NCBI GenBank assembly: GCA_964016885.1 | Contig: OZ024749.1 | Span: forward strand, 13,268,001 to 13,332,000 | DNA length: 64,000 bases | Reading direction: 5' to 3' | Origin: Eledone cirrhosa | Taxonomy: Eukaryota | Shown: positions 58,783 to 64,000 of the stretch, in pieces | Position numbering within the stretch: position 1 is the stretch's first letter | How the letters are laid out: each line of letters begins with the position of its first letter | The notes under the pieces: generated by a model | Seen by the model: the letters and a program-made list of their open reading frames with translations, nothing else | Databases searched by the model: none | What the model was told of the DNA's origin: nothing | Made by a program: the position numbers and the translations under genes

Positions 58783-58841
58783 TATGATTTGATATATAAC
58801 ATACCGCTACGGTCTTGATTATTCAATTCCAGTATTGGCAG

Positions 58842-58888
<47 letters not shown>

Positions 58889-58990
58889 CATACTCGTGGT
58901 AAGTGCTATTTCCTATGATGATTTTTTTTTTAATATAAACAAAATTTCCCCGGTGTATATTTTTGGACGTAATATCGTGTTTATATCTTA

Positions 58991-59054
58991 TTTAATTCTG
59001 AGGAATTGTAATATTGAGATTTTAATAAGAGGGATGAAACGCACGTAAGTTAAA
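58991..59054 (+). ncRNA. Type-I hammerhead motif
   Basis: TTTAATT-CTGAGGA-ATT..GAT-GAAA-CGCACG-TA-AGTTAAA; helix II is weak. Confidence 0.55.
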
Positions 59055-59487
59055 ATATGATATATTTAGCAGTGTTTGGCTTTATGTCTCAATGTATTCA
59101 TTGCTCTACGGGAATTCATCATCGTTCATATCAATATTTCATATGTTTCTATATAATTGTATGTAGCCTTGTGTATGTAATATATCTCGTGTTTTTGAAC
59201 GGTACAACTTCTTCACCTACACTTATCTGTTTTCCTATTCGAAAACCTATTACTTTACATATATATATATATTTATTTTAAATTATGTTCACTTAAAATT
59301 AATTTTTAAATAATTAAAATATACACAGATGTGTATATAATGTGAATTGAAACTGGAAGCCCCATATATGTACGCGTGTGTGTATATATGTGGGTGTGGG
59401 TGTATATACATATATATATATGTGTGTGCATATATATATATATGGGTGTCTGTGATCTATATGCACTGGTCATAGACACACACACAT

Positions 59488-59538
<51 letters not shown>

Positions 59539-59799
59539 CGCACACAAATATATATATATACACAACACCAAAAACAATCAAAGCACAGGCATTGCTTGTT
59601 CAGGATATGTTACACTTTCGTCTGACTGACCGTAGTCTAAAAGTGCACCAAACTCTGTAATCTGTTTGCAATACTCGTAGCAGAGTTTGCAGCCATCATT
59701 CCCGGTGGATCTCCGTCCGTTGTCATGATGAGTGTTCTAGGTATTCTAACAACGGTACAGCGTTTATTCATTCATATCGTGTATTCACTCATTGTGTGT

Positions 59800-60110
59800 T
59801 GGATCCCCGCCAGTTGCGACGAGGAGTGCTCGAGTGGAATCAATTAACTGAACTGCTTGTGAAATATAACGTGTAAGTAGCTGAGCATTCCAGGGACACG
59901 AACACCCATATCTAAATTCTCAGGGAGATTCGGAGTGGTATTGTGTGTGACAAGACTAGCCCCATGAATTACAGGTACAACTCATTTTTACCAGCTGAGT
60001 ATAGTGTAGCAACGTTAAATAAAGTGCCTTGCTCAAGGACACAACACTCCTACTGATCCGAGAATCAAAATCCTGATTTTACAATCGTAAGCAGAACACC
60101 ATTAAACCAA
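59800..60110 (-). mobile_element. tRNA-derived SINE, family B
   Basis: CAACTCATTTTTACCAGCTGAGT..AAGTGCCTTGCTCAAGGACACAAC..CCGAGAATC is the reverse complement of the 44.5-kb SINE. Confidence 0.7.
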
Positions 60111-60173
60111 CACTACATTACCAACAACAACAACAACAACAACAACATTACCAAACTACCAACACTATATAAC

Positions 60174-60345
60174 CATCAGTAGAGGGTCGGACGCCATGCT
60201 TTCCAGCATAGTTACGTCCCTTTATGGTCTGAGTTCAAATCCCGCCGAGGTTAACTTTGCCTTTCATCCTTACGGGGTCGATAAAATAAAGTACCAGTAA
60301 TGTACTGGGTAAATTGCTGGCCTTGTGCCAAAAGTAGAAACAATT
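60174..60345 (+). mobile_element. tRNA-derived SINE, family A
   Basis: TGAGTTCAAATCCCGCCGAGGTTAACTTTGCCTTTCATCCTTACGGGGTCGATAAAATAAAGTACCAGTAATGTACTGGG..GTAGAAACAATT. Confidence 0.85.
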
Positions 60346-60347
60346 AT

Positions 60348-60817
60348 ATAACCAACAACATTGCCAACATTACCAACACCATCCCTACTCCCACTAACAA
60401 CACCACCACCACTACTAGTACAATACTCGCTAACACCACCAACACCAGCAATAATACTACCACCACCACCACCACATACACCACCAACAACACCACCAGC
60501 AAAACCATCAACACTACTACAACCATCATCACCACCACCACCACCACCACCACCACCACCACCACCACCACCACCACCACATACACCACCACCACATACA
60601 CCACCAACAACACCACCAGCAAAACCATCAACACTACTACAACCATCACCACCACCACCACCACCACCAACAACAACAACACCACCAACACCACCACCAG
60701 CAAAACCACCAACACTACTACAACCATCATCACCACCACCACAACCACCATCACCACCACGACCACCACCACCATCTTATGTAAAGAGTGTGGTGGGAGT
60801 AGAAAGTGGTAATAGAT

Positions 60818-60853
<36 letters not shown>

Positions 60854-61060
60854 TAGTAGCAGCAGCAATAGTAGTAGTAGCAGTAGTAGTAGTAGCAGCA
60901 GCAGCACTAGTGGTAGTAGTAGTAGCAGTAGTAGTAGTAGTAGTAGCAATGGTAGTAGTAGTAGTAGCAGTAGTTATAGTAGTAGTAGCAGTAGTAGTGG
61001 TAGTAGTAGTAGTAGTGGTAGTAGTAGTAGTAGTAGTAGCAATAGTAGTAGTAGTAGTAG
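60348..61060. repeat. (ACC/AAC)n then (GTA/GCA)n trinucleotide tracts
   Basis: Direct reading; internal ~120-bp duplication in the ACC part. Confidence 0.9.
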
Positions 61061-61709
61061 AGACAGAAGTAAGAGGGAATGGCGGTTTTATTAGGCGTAA
61101 TAGAGAAAGGAGAGAAGCTATTGGAGGTGTGGTGGGAGTAGAGTGCGTAAGAGACGATACGTAAGACAGGTGAGTTAGAAGGGTGGTGTTGGGGTGTGAT
61201 AGATATGAGGGGTAAGGTAAATGGGGTCAGTGGTAGTTAGAAGGGTCTCGTTAAGGGGGTATTAATTGAAACCTTAAAACTATCAGGAAAATTGATAACC
61301 TGTACTGATTTATAGTAAGAAAACTTACAATGGCCCAATGTATCACGTGTGTGTGATTTTGCATATCTGTGTGCATGGTTATGTATGTGTGTGTGGTTAT
61401 ATATATATGTGTGTGTGTGGTTATGTATGTGTGTAAATATATATATATAAATATTATTTATATATGTATGTATTATGTATGCATATAAATATATTTATAT
61501 ATGTATGTATGTATACATATATATGTATATATGGGTATGTATGTTTGTATGTATGTATGTGTGTGTGTGTATGTATGTATGCATGTGTGTATGAATCTAT
61601 GTATGCACACATATATGTATGTATGTGTGTATGCATGCATGTATGTATGTTTATACATGTGTGTATGAATCTATGCACACATACATATCTATGAATGTAT
61701 ATATATATG

Positions 61710-62385
61710 TATGTTCTTCTGGTTTTATAATTTCACAAAGTTTTACCAATAGAGAGAGAGTCGGTTTCTAACATAGACACAAGACTCTCATTGGAATTTA
61801 CACAACATCAACTAGGTAGATATGTATGTATGCATGTGTAGATACGGATGTTATTGTATGTGTGGATGTGTATGTTTTGAGTTGTATGTGTGCATGTGTA
61901 TATGCTTTGCATCTGTACATGTGTATATGCAGTTATTAGATGCAAAATTTCTGGAATGTTTTACATATTTTTACTGTTCCATTAATGGATTGTACTTGTA
62001 ATTTCCTAACTAGTTGTGTTCTTTCTGTTCCTGTGAAGCCTTGCTTCTCAAGATTTGTATTGAGGCAGTTACTAACATACCCCAGTGCCCCAATAATCAC
62101 AGGCATAAATCTTAAGGTGTAATCAGGGTGGAGTATCTGCAGATTTCTCATCAGTTCTGCATAAATATTCTCCTTTTCGCTAATCTTTGATATTATATTG
62201 GCATCTGCTGGGCAGCTAATTTCCACTACTGTGCATGCTTCCTTCTCCCTGTCCCATATCATAATATCTGGTCTGTTATCCCTGCATTTTATTGGGATTT
62301 TTACTGGAACATTCCACCAGTACTCTTTCATATTATGTACATGGATGTCTTCCACATTGCTGTAGCTTTTAATGAGTTTATTATG
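61710..62385 (-). mobile_element. R4/Dong-type non-LTR retrotransposon 3' end (restriction-like endonuclease plus 3'UTR)
   Basis: ORF 61936-62355: YWWNVPVK..DNRPDIMIWDRE..VVEISCPADANI..KISEKENIYAEL..PVIIGALG; lies in TATG repeats. Confidence 0.82.
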
Positions 62386-62506
62386 TATGTATGTATGTAT
62401 GTTTGTATGTATGTATGTATCTATGTATGTATGTATCTATGTATGTATGTATCTATGTATGTATGTACATGTGTCTATGAATCTATGCACACATACATAT
62501 GTATGA

Positions 62507-62552
<46 letters not shown>

Positions 62553-63013
62553 ATGTATGTATGTATAGATAGATGTATGCCTCATGTATGTGTGTGTAAG
62601 TATGTATGTCAGTTTGTATCTGGAAATCGATTATCACCTGTATGTGTATATATAAATATGTATGTAAATAAGATTGTATATATATATGAGTGTTTATATG
62701 GGTGTATATATGAATGTGTGTGTGTGTATCTGTGTCTATACATGTGTGTGTATGTGTTTATATATGTGTGTGTGTGTATATGTGCCTATATATGTCTGTC
62801 TGTTTAGAATTTAATGCTCAGTCACTATAAAACAGCTGTGAGTTCGTGTCCCACGTACATCAATACTCATCTATTTTTCCCTTCAGATGGTTTTTTTTTA
62901 ATCACAACTAACAGACAAATATAAGGATGTCAATTACTGCGTGAGCACATGTTACTGCCTAATTTTCAAGTTCGCTAGCCGCTTGCAAACAAAGCCTGCT
63001 TTGTGTATCCCTG

Positions 63014-63054
<41 letters not shown>

Positions 63055-63060
63055 ATACAT

Positions 63061-63686
63061 ATATATAAAAGAAGGTAAATATCTCTCTGGGTACTAAGTA
63101 CGCATAGAGATATATAGGGTGTCTATAATATAATTGTTGTTCAATGGTACTAACTTGAGATACCAGAACTATAAAAATTGAGATGAACAAACAAACATTA
63201 AACAATTCCTCTAAAAAATTAAAAAATGATTTAAATATCTACCTGTTCATTATTACCGACGGTTTCACTTTACAAAAGATTAGAAATTCAGAGAATTTCT
63301 AAGGGAAAAGTAAAGTTCATCAGATAGCTATTTCCACTCTCTAGGATCAAGTCCCACAGCCTGCAAATATATTGCCAACTACCAGCTCGTATGAGTTATG
63401 GCCGTTAAAGTGACCCACACGTGAACTGGCCGCTAATAAAAGCGGCAATATTACAGACGCGCTGCTGGCTTTGGTGCTAAAAAAATAGCAGTAAGCAACA
63501 ACGAATTTTTTTCTCTACGTAGATTGGAGAATGTATAAAATAAAGTAAATATCTTTCTGGGTCCTAAGTACGCATAGAGATATATAGGGTGTCTATAATA
63601 TTTAAATCATTTTTTAACTTTTTTAAGGAATTGTTTAATGTTTGTTATGCTCATCTCAATTTATATATATACATATCTTTCTTCTC

Positions 63687-63695
<9 letters not shown>
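63061..63695 (-). mobile_element. Second retrozyme-like element: 470-bp unit with ~70-bp terminal redundancy, one HHR and an inverted arm
   Basis: 63061-63131 repeats at 63531-63601 (offset 470); 63598-63665 is an inverted copy of ~63172-63238; TA flanks. Confidence 0.7.
63251..63326 (-). ncRNA. Type-I hammerhead ribozyme
   Basis: TAT-CTGATGA-ACTTTAC..TTAGAAATT(CTCTG)AATTTCTAA..GTAAAGT-GAAA-CCGTCGG-TA-ATA; long, well-paired helix II. Confidence 0.8.
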
Positions 63696-63735
<40 letters not shown>

Positions 63736-64000
63736 GTGGGGGACGCGGTGCACGAAGATAATGGAACACACAACAGAAAGTCCCATCTCTTCGGTCAACC
63801 TCTGGAAACTTCTACGGCTTCGGTTCATTAAGGTTGATACCTTTCATTCCAGTACACAAATGGACATAACGAAAGGGGTGGAGACAAATTATGCCCTCAG
63901 GAATATTACACTAATATAGAAGGCGCAATGGCTCAGCCAAAGGAGAAAGATATAGGAGAGGAATAGTATAACAGAATATATATATGTGTGTGTGTGTGTG

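Noticed and set aside
60300-61164. Mucin-like poly-Thr/poly-Pro/poly-Val ORFs
   Set aside because: Trinucleotide tracts adjoining a SINE tail.

Overview
This is eukaryotic, very AT-rich, repeat-dominated DNA with long (TA)n/(TATG)n/(CA)n tracts. The SINE/LINE/Penelope content looks like a mollusc, probably a cephalopod such as Octopus (inference only). I found no supportable host protein-coding exon; nearly all ORF-track entries are translated microsatellites. Real coding remnants are all retroelements: RTE-clade LINE fragments (1.1-2.9, 5.8, 21.1 and 26.6-27.5 kb), a near-complete L1/Tx1-type ORF2 (32.7-36.6 kb), R4/Dong-type endonuclease fragments (31.6 and 62 kb) and three Penelope-like elements (PLEs; 9-12, 16.5-19 and 53.7-56.65 kb). 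There are also tRNA-derived SINEs and a tiny Tc1/mariner-type MITE. The main hidden structure is that most short 'unique' islands between TA tracts carry minimal type-I hammerhead ribozyme (HHR) motifs. I count roughly 25-30 by eye, including degenerate ones, with recurrent U3-A8 and GCAA core variants and palindromic helix III. Many of these islands are head-to-head fold-back insertions of uniform polarity. Two are non-coding tandem units with one HHR per monomer (594 bp at 49.6-51.1 kb; 470 bp at 63.1-63.6 kb), i.e. candidate circular-RNA retrozymes. All coordinates and folds were read by eye, and no activity or database novelty was tested.
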